A DNA stretch of 64,000 bases from Bacillota bacterium (GTDB lineage: Bacteria > Bacillota > Clostridia > Christensenellales > SZUA-584). Position 1 is the first letter of the stretch. The number at the start of each line of letters is the position of its first letter. Below are positions 36,521 to 46,505 of the stretch, in pieces. The notes under the pieces were generated by a model. That model saw only the letters and a program-made list of their open reading frames with translations, made no database searches and was not told the DNA's origin. Both the position numbers and the translations under genes were made by a program. The DNA is taken from positions 110,603-174,602 of the forward strand of contig JAEXTV010000031.1 of the NCBI GenBank assembly GCA_023406895.1, written 5' to 3'.

Positions 36521-37345
36521 TCAGCAATTCCGCAATCCTCCGTCACGCTGCGCGTGCCACCTCCTTTCAAAAGGAGGCTTGTCTCGTGCGGCGAATGAAG
36601 GCTCCTTTGAAAAGGAGCTGTCAGCGTAAGCTGACTGAGGATTGACCTGAAAGCAGACTTCGGCAGTCTTCTGATGTCAGCAGCAATTCCGCAATCCTCC
36701 GTCTCGATGAGTTCTTATCAACGCGTGTTAGTCAGCCATTTAACTCCCTCAGTCGCCTGCGGCGACAGCTCCCTCAACGAGGGAGCCAGAGGTGCACGTT
36801 GGCAGTTAGTGCCGATAGGGGTGTTGATTGCTGATTCAATTAATAAGGCCTGCGGTTTTAATTTTCATAGTTGCAGCTTCTATTGCGAAGCACCCAAGCC
36901 TCCCTCAACGAGGGAGGTGGCAAATGACGGATCTCAATCCGGCATTTGACGGAGGGAGTTGATGATCTGAAGTTTCCTGATGTCTGCAGCAATTGCGCAA
37001 TCATCCGTCAAAGGCTCCTTTGAAAAGGAGCTGTCAGCGTAAGCTGACTGAGGATTGACCTGAAAACAGACTTCGGTAGTTTCGGGATGTCGGCAGCAAT
37101 TCCGCAATCCTCCGTCACGCTGCGCGTGCCACCTCCTTTCAAAAGGAGGCTTGTTTTTCATACTTTGATCTAAAAAAGAGTCCTGTTGGGCGCTTATGCG
37201 CCGATTGCACCGCAGAAACTTATCGAAAGCAATCCTCCGTCACGCTGCGCGTGCCACCTCCTTTCAAAAGGAGGCTTGTCTCGTGCGGCGAATTGAGGCT
37301 CCTTTGAAAAGGAGCTGTCAGCGTAAGCTGACTGAGGATTGATTG
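36521..37345. repeat. ~0.8-kb intergenic block built almost entirely of double-hairpin REP/MITE-like elements in both orientations
   Basis: At least eight units. Inverted pairs bounded by AATCCTC...GAGGATT (36534-36642, 37107-37150, 37230-37339). Hairpins CCTCCTTT-CAAA-AGGAGG, GCTCCTTT-GAAA-AGGAGC, TCAGC-GTAA-GCTGA, GTCGCC-TGC-GGCGAC. Confidence 0.85.
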
Positions 37346-37373
37346 TAACATTCTTTGTTTATTTGCTTTCCGG

Positions 37374-37925
37374 TTAACCTTTGTTCAGCTCTGCGATGCA
37401 TTCATTCGCCCACTCAATCGTGGTGTTCAAATTCATCGCCGCGCGGCGCAGGATGAACTTCCAGTACATCTCCTCGCCGCCCATCAACGCAAGCTTTTGC
37501 GTATAATCCCGTGTCAGATTCAAAAAGCCTTCAACGTCAGTGAGCTGACCGCGTTTTTCTTCGATAAGCCTTTCAAACTGCGCGATGAGCTGCTCCTTAG
37601 AAAGATTCGAGCCAAAGAATATGCGCAGGCTGAATTCGTCGCGCTTCTCTTTCGACAGCTGTTCGGGGAAATGCGCGAGCCATTCCTGAAACGCCTGTTT
37701 TCCCTCAGGGGTGATGCTGTAAACGCGCTTGTCAGGACGGTCGGTTTGCGGCTGTATCACGGAGCTCACATGCCCGTCCTTTTCGAGCGTGTTGAGCTCG
37801 CGGTAAATCTGGCTGATGCTTGCGTACCAAAAGTTGCGTATGGATTCATCAAACATCTTCTTTAATTCATATCCGGTCAGATCATGATAGCTGAGCAGGC
37901 CGAGTAACGCGTATCGCAATGCCAT
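37374..37925 (-). CDS. PadR family transcriptional regulator with C-terminal dimerisation domain
   Basis: MALRYALLGLLSYHDLTGYELKK.. PadR pattern. ATG at 37925 has proper RBS spacing (GAGGTG); the GTG at 37937 abuts the RBS. Confidence 0.85.
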   Translation of the reverse strand: MALRYALLGLLSYHDLTGYELKKMFDESIRNFWYASISQIYRELNTLEKDGHVSSVIQPQTDRPDKRVYSITPEGKQAFQEWLAHFPEQLSKEKRDEFSLRIFFGSNLSKEQLIAQFERLIEEKRGQLTDVEGFLNLTRDYTQKLALMGGEEMYWKFILRRAAMNLNTTIEWANECIAELNKG

Positions 37926-38191
37926 ATATGTCAGCACCTCTTTTTAATATTCAACAAGTTATATAATATGATACAGGTAGAATAATGTCAACGAAAATAT
38001 TACCATTTTTTAATAAACATCCATAGCCTTTTGAATAGCAAATTTTTACCTTTTCGTATGTACAAGCGTAAATAGCTATGATAAAATATGGAAAGATATG
38101 ACGTTATAAGGCATAATGGTTCATCAACGTCGGTGATGGTATATATAATCAAATTGTGAGTGGTGGGAATACATGAAGAGGAGTATTTCCA

Positions 38192-41137
38192 ATGCGGCGC
38201 AAGTTTTTTATCACTGTTATTTTCATATTGGCGTTTTTGCTTGCAACGGCTGCTTCGGCGCTCGCCGCGGATGAGCAGAGCATCGTACGGGTGAAGCTCT
38301 CCATCGGCGACCCCACCGAGTTTTCGTTCTTTGCGGACGGCAATTACACAGTCGGTACGGATGGCCCGGGGCTAGAGCGGCAGCTCTATACCGTGAAGCT
38401 CGAAGGGGGGACGCTGAACCTTTACTGCGGATCTGAGAGGCTCGCGAGCGGCGCATCAATTAAGCTGGTGCGGCACACGGCCACGGACGGAAGGAACAAC
38501 TTCATTTGGATGTACAACGAGCAGGCATCCGATGGCACGAATAAGAATTTTAAATATCTCGGTGATATGGAGTTTATCATTGAGAGCGGGCATATTACCG
38601 CTGTGAACCATGTGTATATCGAGGATTATCTCATTGGCGTGGTGCCGAGTGAGATGGAAAACGGTTCACACGTTGAGGCCTTGAAATCGCAGGCGATTGC
38701 CTCGAGAAGCTACGTCGAATTTCATTTGAGGCCGTCTCAACCTTATGATGTCTATGATTCGACAAGGAGTCAGGTCTATAAAGGATATAACGAATTAACC
38801 AATTCGAAAACTGCCGTTGAAGGCACCGCCAAAACTGTTCTGACGTATGAAGGCAAGATCATCGAAGGTTTGTTTGGAGCGTCCAACGGCGGCTGGACGG
38901 ATATACCGCTTCATAAGTGGGGCAGTCCTGATGTTCCATATTTTCAAATCACCCCGGATGATTTTGACGCGGCTAATCCTGACAGCCTTTTTGAGACGAT
39001 ATACTTTCCTGCTGTGATAGACGGCGCACACACAATAACCCCTTCTGACAATATCAAAGATTCTGATCCGAACGCTGCCAATGCGGAAGCGTATATTAAG
39101 GAAATGATACTTCAATCCAAACAGATTGAGAAAGCGGGCCAAAGTGTGGCCACCCGAGACGATTTTACACTCACGGGTGTGACCAGCCTTGTGATGGCTG
39201 ATGGGAATTTTGATATTGACGGTGACGAAAACCACAGCCTTCCGGGCGGCGGCGGCGGCGTATGTGCCGATCGATATGTGGCAACGGGCAGCTTTACTGT
39301 ACTGGTACCGGCAACCGGTGCCACCGTATCCGTCACGGATTTACCGATCGATCTTCGTTATCTGGATGCATCGAACGGCGTTGCGGATTATAAGTCTTTT
39401 TTCAAAGGCAGTTTAACGCTGTTTGTCGTTGCACCCGTCATGACGGAAGGAACGGTAAGCGGATATTCGATCTCCCAAAAACGCTTTGGTCACGGCATCG
39501 GTCTTTCACAGCAGGGAGCCAAACAGCGAGCGAACTCAACCGAACCCACCGTGAACACTTTTGATAAAATACTCGGGTTTTATTACCCGGGAACGACGCT
39601 GACTGTGCAAGCCTACGAGCCTCCCGCCCTGACGCCAGCGTCTTTGCCCGACCATTCAAACGCAGCTATGATTTCCGATCTCGTTCGCGTACGAAGCGGA
39701 CCCGGAACCTCGTATAGCACGCTCAACAGGCTGCCGAACGGGGCAAGAATAGAGGTGGTTCAGGCCAATGCAACCACCACGGGCAACATCGTATGGCATA
39801 AGATCTATTACGCGGGGCAGTACGCCTATGTCGCCGCCAGTGAGGGGGCAAGTGTCTACATCAGCGCGGTTGAGCCGGATAAGAGAGAACAGATTGCCGT
39901 CAGCTTCGAAACCAACGGCGGCAGCCCCGTCTCCGCACCGGACTATTACCACGCGGACAGTATAGCCGCCGCGCCCTCATCGTCAAGGGCGGGCTTCGCT
40001 CTCGAAGGCTGGTATTTCGACGCCGGGCTCACGTCGAAGGTCTCTTTCCCGATTATCGTCACGCGAAGCACCACGCTGTATGCCAAATGGGTATCAACCG
40101 TCTGTACCGTGAATTTTGACGCGGCAGGCGGCTCTCAGGTAGCGGGCGTGCAAAAGAACTACGGGGAAACAATTCCTTCCGAACCTGCCACATCGCGGCC
40201 CGGCTACAACTTTGCGGGCTGGTTTAACGGCTCCGGCCAGCGCGTCTCGTTCCCGTATACGGTGACGGATAACGCCACGCTGACCGCAAGGTGGAACGCG
40301 CAGCCGCAAACCAATCTGCTTGCCGGGGTCGGCCTCTCGAGCGGCTCATTAAACCGCGGCTTTGCGAAGACGGTGACGAGCTATAAAATCACAATCGGGG
40401 AGAACGACGGCAGCTTTACGCTGACGCCGGTGAAGGAATACGACGGCGCGACGATGACGATCAACGGCAAGCCGTATTCAAATTATACCGTGAACCTCGC
40501 CAACGGCAAGAGCACCACGATCAAGGTGAAGGTCACCTTCGCCAAGAAGTCTAAAACCTATAAGTTCACCGTGACGAGAGCAAAGTCATCCAACAACGCA
40601 CTGAGCTCATTGTCTGTCATCGGCGGGTCGCTGGATCAGCCGTTCAACCCGAACGTGCTCAATTATACGCTCAATCTTGATGAGAACACGAAGAGCACGT
40701 CAATCAAGGCAACCGCCGCCGCGGGCAAAGCGGCCAGCGTTTCGCCTTCGTCCAAAAAGATTTCACTCAACAACGGGCAGAGCAAGGATGTAAAGATCAC
40801 GGTTAAGGCGCAGTCGGGCGCAAAACGGACATACACGATCCATGTCGTGCGGGCGGCGTCCACGAACGCCGATTTGAAGTCGCTCAAGGCGAACGGGATG
40901 GCGCCGGGGTTCAGCCCGGGCAATACGAATTACACCATCGTGCTGCCCGCAAACAAGAGCTCAGCGAGCATATCCGCAAAGGCGGCCGGCTACAAGGCTG
41001 CGGTTTATATCGACGGCGCGAAAAAGTCATCGAAGAAGGTGACGCTCGCAAACGGACAGAGCACCGTTGTGCGTGTGACGGTGGTGTCTCAGGCGGGCAA
41101 TGCGAAGGAATACGTGATCACGGTGATCAGGCAATAG
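38192..41137 (+). CDS. SpoIID/LytB-domain cell-surface protein with SH3-like and repeated beta-sandwich domains
   Basis: Signal peptide. SpoIID region (YL.GVVPSEM..EALKSQAIASRSY ... GHGIGLSQQGA). SH3-like segment. GW/Listeria-Bacteroides-type repeats. C-terminal repeats with LS.L..G.L.P.F....Y. Confidence 0.8.
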   Translation: MRRKFFITVIFILAFLLATAASALAADEQSIVRVKLSIGDPTEFSFFADGNYTVGTDGPGLERQLYTVKLEGGTLNLYCGSERLASGASIKLVRHTATDGRNNFIWMYNEQASDGTNKNFKYLGDMEFIIESGHITAVNHVYIEDYLIGVVPSEMENGSHVEALKSQAIASRSYVEFHLRPSQPYDVYDSTRSQVYKGYNELTNSKTAVEGTAKTVLTYEGKIIEGLFGASNGGWTDIPLHKWGSPDVPYFQITPDDFDAANPDSLFETIYFPAVIDGAHTITPSDNIKDSDPNAANAEAYIKEMILQSKQIEKAGQSVATRDDFTLTGVTSLVMADGNFDIDGDENHSLPGGGGGVCADRYVATGSFTVLVPATGATVSVTDLPIDLRYLDASNGVADYKSFFKGSLTLFVVAPVMTEGTVSGYSISQKRFGHGIGLSQQGAKQRANSTEPTVNTFDKILGFYYPGTTLTVQAYEPPALTPASLPDHSNAAMISDLVRVRSGPGTSYSTLNRLPNGARIEVVQANATTTGNIVWHKIYYAGQYAYVAASEGASVYISAVEPDKREQIAVSFETNGGSPVSAPDYYHADSIAAAPSSSRAGFALEGWYFDAGLTSKVSFPIIVTRSTTLYAKWVSTVCTVNFDAAGGSQVAGVQKNYGETIPSEPATSRPGYNFAGWFNGSGQRVSFPYTVTDNATLTARWNAQPQTNLLAGVGLSSGSLNRGFAKTVTSYKITIGENDGSFTLTPVKEYDGATMTINGKPYSNYTVNLANGKSTTIKVKVTFAKKSKTYKFTVTRAKSSNNALSSLSVIGGSLDQPFNPNVLNYTLNLDENTKSTSIKATAAAGKAASVSPSSKKISLNNGQSKDVKITVKAQSGAKRTYTIHVVRAASTNADLKSLKANGMAPGFSPGNTNYTIVLPANKSSASISAKAAGYKAAVYIDGAKKSSKKVTLANGQSTVVRVTVVSQAGNAKEYVITVIRQ

Positions 41138-41168
41138 GATTTTTATCAAAATTTAAGATTATAAGATG

Positions 41169-41201
41169 CAGTCTGCCGGAATTCCCGGCAGGCTGTTTTT
41201 T
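41169..41201 (+). terminator. Rho-independent terminator
   Basis: CAGTCTGCCGG-AATTC-CCGGCAGGCTG followed by TTTTTT. Confidence 0.8.
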
Positions 41202-41303
41202 AGCAAAAGAGGATTCACATCATGTTCTGGTATGCAGCAAAGAAGGGCCGCTCTTGCACTGCCTTGTATGCTTAAGGGAAGATGAAGTCGATTAGCTTGT
41301 TAT

Positions 41304-41915
41304 TCACACTTGGTTTGTATCGCCGATGATGTCGTCAATCCCTTGGCTGTCGGGGTTTGCGTCCTGATCGGGAAAGCCTCCCGCCATCCGCATCACCGTG
41401 ATGCTCATTACCTCTTTGCCGTCAGTTTGAGCAGTTACGATATCGCCGGTTTGAAGATCTGCCAGCGAGCCTGTCTTTGAGTCGCTGCCGGATTGTATCG
41501 TGATCACGGTGCTGTCCGAAACGGTGATCGTCTTTTCTTCTTCTGTCAGCGTCATGCCTCCCGGCACATCGCCGTCACCTCGAAACGCGCCGCCGGACGG
41601 GGGATTACCCGGCACCTTGCCGTTCTGTTGAGGCATGTCACCAGACGGGCCATTACCGTCCTGCGGGCCGGTTGGGGCATCTCCATTCGCGGTCGCCGAC
41701 GATGTTGCATCGGCTCCGTTTTGAGATTCGTTCATCTGTGGCCTCTGTGGCGGTGCGCCAGCGGCAATGGTGATGTTGGTGCCGTCAATGGCTGTGATTT
41801 GCCCGAATAATACCGAATTTGCAGCGGCGCTGTCATCCCCGTTGCTTGCACATCCCCCCAGTATTATAAAAGCGCTCAATATCCCAAACATCAGCATGAA
41901 TCCTTTTTTCAGCAT
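41304..41915 (-). CDS. Putative lipoprotein, function unknown
   Basis: Lipobox (IILGGCAS), Gly/Pro/Asn-rich middle region. Confidence 0.65.
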   Translation of the reverse strand: MLKKGFMLMFGILSAFIILGGCASNGDDSAAANSVLFGQITAIDGTNITIAAGAPPQRPQMNESQNGADATSSATANGDAPTGPQDGNGPSGDMPQQNGKVPGNPPSGGAFRGDGDVPGGMTLTEEEKTITVSDSTVITIQSGSDSKTGSLADLQTGDIVTAQTDGKEVMSITVMRMAGGFPDQDANPDSQGIDDIIGDTNQV

Positions 41916-42429
41916 AATTAAAACCTCTCTTGCTTACTTGTTACGGGTATCATATCAGCGCATATTAACAGCATTCTGTCAGCGACATTAACAATTTATG
42001 AACACCGAATAAACAAAAAAGGCTGCTCTTGTGCGGCCTTCCTTGCATATCGTAGGGGAAACTATGAAACGGTTCTCTTTAAGCTGTGAATATGTCGGCC
42101 TGCAGGGTATGCTTGCGCTGTCATACCGCCCGGTGCATTGTCGTCGCCTCATGACGTGCCGTCCGGTGATCGCCTTCACCTTCTGAGCATTGTCGCCGCC
42201 ACGAGACGTGTCGCCGGACGCGGTATGGCTTCTTTGCAAGCTCGTCTGCGCCTTCTTCGCGGATGCGCGGTCTCTATGCCCGCCGCTTTGCTAGCCTCTT
42301 TGGCTCTTGCCAACGTTGACTATCATATCAGCATTTCATGACAACATTCCGTATGGAATTTAAACAAACGATGAACAACGAAAAAGACGCCGACGTTGAG
42401 TCAAGCGCCTTTGCTTGAAGAATGCTATC

Positions 42430-43719
42430 TCACGGCACCACCTTGACGATGCTGAACATGCTGTCGAGCACGGCCCAGTTCTGCGGAAACTCGAGGCCAA
42501 GCAGCCAGTAGCTCACGCCGCGCAGATCGTATTTGTTGACGAGCAGCAGCTTGGCGCGTACGCTGCGCGCATCTTCGAACCAAACCTCGTGCTGAACACT
42601 GTTGCTGTCGTAGTATTTAAACGTGGGGGCTTGTGTCTGCTCGTTATAGCTGATATTTGCGCCCACCTGCGCCGCTAGCTTGAGCGCGTCCTGCGGGCTT
42701 AAGCGTTTGGCCCATTTGCCGCCCGGCATAAACGGCAGCATCCAGTCGTACCCGTAAAGCGGCATACCCATCAGTATCTTGCGGCTGGGTATCACGGACA
42801 CCGCGTAGCGGAGCACCTCTTCAACGAGGTCCACCGGGGCAACGGCATACGGCGGCCCACCCGACCATCCCCATTCATACGTCATAATGATCACAAAATC
42901 GACGATTTCGCCGTGCGCCTTGTAATCGTGCGCGCCGTGCCATGTGCCCGTTTGAGAGGCGGAGTTCTTGGGCGCGAGCGCCGTGGACACCACGAACCCG
43001 GCGGGATGCAGCGCCGCCACCACGCGCCGCAGAAAATCGTTATAACGCTCAGCGTTTTCGGGCGATATCCGCTCAAAATCGATGTTGACGCCATAGTAGC
43101 CTTTGGTGCGCATTGTCTGAATCATGTTGTTAATCAGCGTATCCTGCACCGCCGTGTCGTTCAATATCGCGTCGACGAGCTCCGTATCGAAGGTGCCTGT
43201 GCCGAAGTTCGTGAGCACGAGCAGCGGGGCGATGCGGAATTGCCGGGCTGCCGCGAGCATGGCCGCGTCGTTGATGGGCTTTAAGCTGCCGTCGGCGCGC
43301 ACCTGATAGCTGAACGGGCTCAAATATGTGAGGAATTCACCCACTTCGCGAACGGTCTGCGCCTCAGTCTCGGGTGTGGAGGGCTCGATGTAGCCGTTGA
43401 CTTCGATAAACCCGTAATTCTTTTCTCTGACCGGTATACGCAGCACCGTGCCGGGGGTCAGCGCATCGGGGTTCGTTATGCCGTTGAGCGCGATGATGCT
43501 GCCCGTTGTGGTCCCGAAGCGCCGCGCGATGGAAAAAAGCGTGTCTCCGGGTGCGACGGTATACGAAATTTCCTGTGTGGGGATCACCAGCGCCTGCCCA
43601 ACCACAAGGAACGGAATATCACCCAGCGCATTGACGCGGTATATTTCATCGGGGGAAACGCCGTACCGCCGGGCGATGCTGTAAAGCGAATCGCCCTGCT
43701 TCACTACATGTATATCCAA
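42430..43719 (-). CDS. LysM-LysM-GH18 protein (YaaH/SleL-like spore cortex fragment hydrolase)
   Basis: Two N-terminal LysM repeats (VKQGDSLYSIARRYGV.., VAPGDTLFSIARRFGT..), then a GH18-like barrel with DFE catalytic segment (GVNIDFERI). Confidence 0.8.
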   Translation of the reverse strand: MDIHVVKQGDSLYSIARRYGVSPDEIYRVNALGDIPFLVVGQALVIPTQEISYTVAPGDTLFSIARRFGTTTGSIIALNGITNPDALTPGTVLRIPVREKNYGFIEVNGYIEPSTPETEAQTVREVGEFLTYLSPFSYQVRADGSLKPINDAAMLAAARQFRIAPLLVLTNFGTGTFDTELVDAILNDTAVQDTLINNMIQTMRTKGYYGVNIDFERISPENAERYNDFLRRVVAALHPAGFVVSTALAPKNSASQTGTWHGAHDYKAHGEIVDFVIIMTYEWGWSGGPPYAVAPVDLVEEVLRYAVSVIPSRKILMGMPLYGYDWMLPFMPGGKWAKRLSPQDALKLAAQVGANISYNEQTQAPTFKYYDSNSVQHEVWFEDARSVRAKLLLVNKYDLRGVSYWLLGLEFPQNWAVLDSMFSIVKVVP

Positions 43720-43883
43720 ATTAATATCACTTCCTTAAAACTAAAGTTTTGGTTGGTATATTATATGGAAACAGTCTCAGTTAAGTTTATTTTTATCCCC
43801 AAAGCTTTATCACTTTTTGGCTTTATGCAATATACTATACTGTATGCGCCAGTGAGGAATTCATAAATGAAGTTGGTGAGAAG

Positions 43884-44327
43884 ATGGAACTATCAGGAAG
43901 AGAACTTTTTGCACGAATGATACAATGTGAAGCAGGCGGAGAGGGTATAGACGGCATGAAGGCTGTTGCGACGACAATCATGAACAGAGTTCACGTCTCA
44001 TATGGGGAGTACTTAAGAACAGGGCAGGGGGATCTGCGGCGGGTATTGACCCAGCCGGGGCAATTTACCTGCTATATGGACACGGTGAACGGCGTGTATA
44101 ATCCGCAGAATGTATGGAACATGGTTCCTGAGCAGATTCACTACGACGTGGCGGACTGGGCCCTTGCGGGGAATGTCCACGGGGGAGCCATCGAGACGCT
44201 TTGGTATATGAACCCGTTTATTCCGAATTGTCCGCCGTATTTTCCGTACAACCGCACAGGCGTCCAGTTTAACAGAGTTGCGCAGCATTGCTTTTTCCAA
44301 CCGACAAGCCTTTACGCATTGACATAA
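43884..44327 (+). CDS. Cell wall hydrolase, SleB/CwlJ family
   Basis: Hydrolase_2 pattern (ARMIQCEAGGEG..GMKAVATTIMNRV ... PGQF). 147 aa, CwlJ-like size. Confidence 0.8.
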   Translation: MELSGRELFARMIQCEAGGEGIDGMKAVATTIMNRVHVSYGEYLRTGQGDLRRVLTQPGQFTCYMDTVNGVYNPQNVWNMVPEQIHYDVADWALAGNVHGGAIETLWYMNPFIPNCPPYFPYNRTGVQFNRVAQHCFFQPTSLYALT

Positions 44328-44351
44328 AAAATTTAGAAAGGAGACACAAAA

Positions 44352-44930
44352 ATGAACTGCAGTCAATACAGCTACGGTCAAACGAAACCAAATGATCATA
44401 TGCCAAGCCACGATATGACGACAAGACCCATGCAGCCCGACGGCATGGATATGAATATGGGCAGACAGATGGGAATGCAAAGCCCTCAGATAAGCGTGGG
44501 GAGGATGTCTGATATGCAAACCATGCCAATGAGCACCGGGAGGACGGCAGGCATGCAGAGCCCTCCGATGGGAACAGGCAGAATGAGGGATGCTCAGGGG
44601 ATGACCATGCCGGATACGGGACGGGGCATGAGCCCTGCGATGACACCGCCGCCCGGAGGATGGAATCTGCCCAGCACAACGGCGCAGCCACTCACCATGC
44701 AAACGCCGACGACCGTGGAAAGCCCTTATTACACCGCCGGATTTTTAAGAAACTTCATTGGGAAAACGATGCGTGTGGAGTTTTTAATCGGGACATCCGG
44801 CGCACTGGTTGACAGAACGGGCGAGCTGGTGGAAGTGGGTGCAAGCTACATTGTGCTCAAGCCTTCCTTCACGGACGACCTCGTGATGTGCGACCTGTAC
44901 GCCATCAGGTTTGTGACGATATATCAGTAA
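44352..44930 (+). CDS. gerQ: GerQ-like spore coat protein
   Basis: Sits directly downstream of the cwlJ-like gene, as in Bacillus cwlJ-gerQ. Low-complexity Met/Gly/Pro/Gln-rich N-terminus. C-terminal block FIGKTMRVEFLIG...ELVEVGASYIVL...MCDLYAIRFV resembles the GerQ family. Confidence 0.6.
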   Translation: MNCSQYSYGQTKPNDHMPSHDMTTRPMQPDGMDMNMGRQMGMQSPQISVGRMSDMQTMPMSTGRTAGMQSPPMGTGRMRDAQGMTMPDTGRGMSPAMTPPPGGWNLPSTTAQPLTMQTPTTVESPYYTAGFLRNFIGKTMRVEFLIGTSGALVDRTGELVEVGASYIVLKPSFTDDLVMCDLYAIRFVTIYQ

Positions 44931-44955
44931 GAAACATAGGGCCCATTATGAACGG

Positions 44956-44999
44956 AATAAGCCTTGAGTATAAGGGCTTATTCTTTTTTCTTCTCAGAC
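44956..44999 (+). terminator. Rho-independent terminator after the gerQ-like gene
   Basis: AATAAGCC...GGGCTTATT stem followed by CTTTTTT. Confidence 0.75.
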
Positions 45000-45437
45000 A
45001 GTCCGCGGCTCATTTAAGTTTGAATGACGAGAGCGATTGAACGCTGATGACAGTGTTTAAAAAAAGATGACTTTTTGTCAGGCAAGTGCAGACCGTGCGC
45101 CCACCTCATCAGATGCTCACAGGCGGCTTGTATCGATATCGGCAGACCATATTCCAAAGCGGAGATGCTTTGTTCCGGGGATAGAGTTGTGATCTCTATC
45201 GGCGCTGTCAAAAAGCGCATATCGCCAATGTGGGGCGCATAGCCTTAGGTAAACGCTGATTAATTCGGAACGCTGTATTGATGGCTGCTTGCGTGCTCTG
45301 CGGTGTCGCTGAAATCTTGAAATAGCTCTGCTATTCCCTTGACTTCGCTCCTTGCATAGCGCGAAATCCACTCATCCATCCATCACTCCTCATTTAATCA
45401 TCGTTTACTTGAATAGTATGGTGAAAGGAGGCTTGAC

Positions 45438-46283
45438 ATGAAACGAAAAAGCCTCATCGTGTTTGTAGCGGCCTGCCTTGATGTGGTGCTCATTGCGTTG
45501 TCGTTGGGCTTTGATTTCAATACACAGGTGTGCTTTTTTACAGCCGCGCATAGTGAAGATGCCAGCTACAACTGGTATTTTGTGCCGCGCAGTGACGGTT
45601 TGCAGCCCAGAGACCTGCCGGAGTTTTCGTTCATCAAGGGCAGGGATGCGTTTTGGGTGGGTGATCCCGAGGAAAAGTCGATATATTTGACGTTCGACGC
45701 GGGATATGAGAACGGCTACACCTCAAAGATACTCGATGTGCTCAAAGCGCATAACGCGCCCGCCGCGTTTTTTGTGGTGGGACACTATATCAAAACGGCA
45801 CCAGAGCTGATCACCCGAATGGTGAATGAGGGGCATTTGGTATGCAGCCATTCGATGAACCACAAAGATATGTCGGCCATCGGTGACCTAAACGCGTTTA
45901 AAACGGATCTTGAAGAGCTTGAAAACACATACAAGGAGCTGACCGGGAAGCCGCTTCCAAAATACTTTCGCCCGCCGGAGGGCCGCTTCAGCGAGCGCAG
46001 TATAAAATTTGCCGAGGAGCTCGGGTATAAAACGATATTTTGGAGCTTTGCCTATAAAGACTGGTATGTGGATGCCCAGCCGTCCGAAGAAGAGGCGTTT
46101 AAAACCATCACAACACGCACGCATCCGGGTGCGATTGTGCTGCTGCACGCCACCTCCAAAACCAACGCGGATGTGCTGGATCGCGTGATTACCGAGTGGG
46201 AACGCATGGGCTACAAGCTCAAATCGCTTAATGAGTTTCCTTTTGAGCAGATGAAGCAGAACCCGGGAGGCTCTAAGGAATAA
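45438..46283 (+). CDS. pdaA: Polysaccharide deacetylase, PdaA-like (delta-lactam biosynthesis)
   Basis: N-terminal TM. NodB domain motifs (TFDAGYE, HSMNH, LLH). The YNWYFVPRSDG segment is typical of sporulation PdaA. Confidence 0.75.
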   Translation: MKRKSLIVFVAACLDVVLIALSLGFDFNTQVCFFTAAHSEDASYNWYFVPRSDGLQPRDLPEFSFIKGRDAFWVGDPEEKSIYLTFDAGYENGYTSKILDVLKAHNAPAAFFVVGHYIKTAPELITRMVNEGHLVCSHSMNHKDMSAIGDLNAFKTDLEELENTYKELTGKPLPKYFRPPEGRFSERSIKFAEELGYKTIFWSFAYKDWYVDAQPSEEEAFKTITTRTHPGAIVLLHATSKTNADVLDRVITEWERMGYKLKSLNEFPFEQMKQNPGGSKE

Positions 46284-46394
46284 TGCTGTTTGCAATAATG
46301 AGCCGCTAAAGCCGCCTTTACTGTCGCTGTCCTATGTATTCTTAGATGAATTGCAGCCGCGAGAGCTTGGTGATTCGCCTTTGAGAAGCTGTGC

Positions 46395-46450
46395 ATTTAC
46401 GGCTTCCCCTTTGAGGGGAAGCTGTTGCCGGCAGGCGGCTGATGCGGTGT
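46395..46450 (+). repeat. Double-hairpin REP-like element
   Basis: GCTTCCCC-TTTG-AGGGGAAGC followed by a second GC hairpin and a TGATGCGGTG tail. Confidence 0.6.
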
Positions 46451-46505
46451 TCTGATATCTTTTGTGAACCACGCCGGGGTACTGCGCCCCGGTCGGGGAT
46501 ACGAA

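Noticed and set aside
41916-42429. ~500-bp gap with 83-aa (minus) and 67-aa (plus) ORFs between the lipoprotein gene and the GH18 gene
   Set aside because: Neither ORF has an RBS or a recognisable motif, and the translations are Arg/Ser/Cys-rich. A terminator-like hairpin (GGCCGCACAAGAGCAGCC followed by TTTTTT on the minus strand, ~42015-42045) suggests a long 3' UTR or a small unannotated transcript. I cannot support a call.
45014-45371. 68-aa and 84-aa minus-strand ORFs upstream of the pdaA-like gene
   Set aside because: They overlap each other in different frames and have no RBS or motifs. The region might be a decayed gene, but there is no evidence for that.
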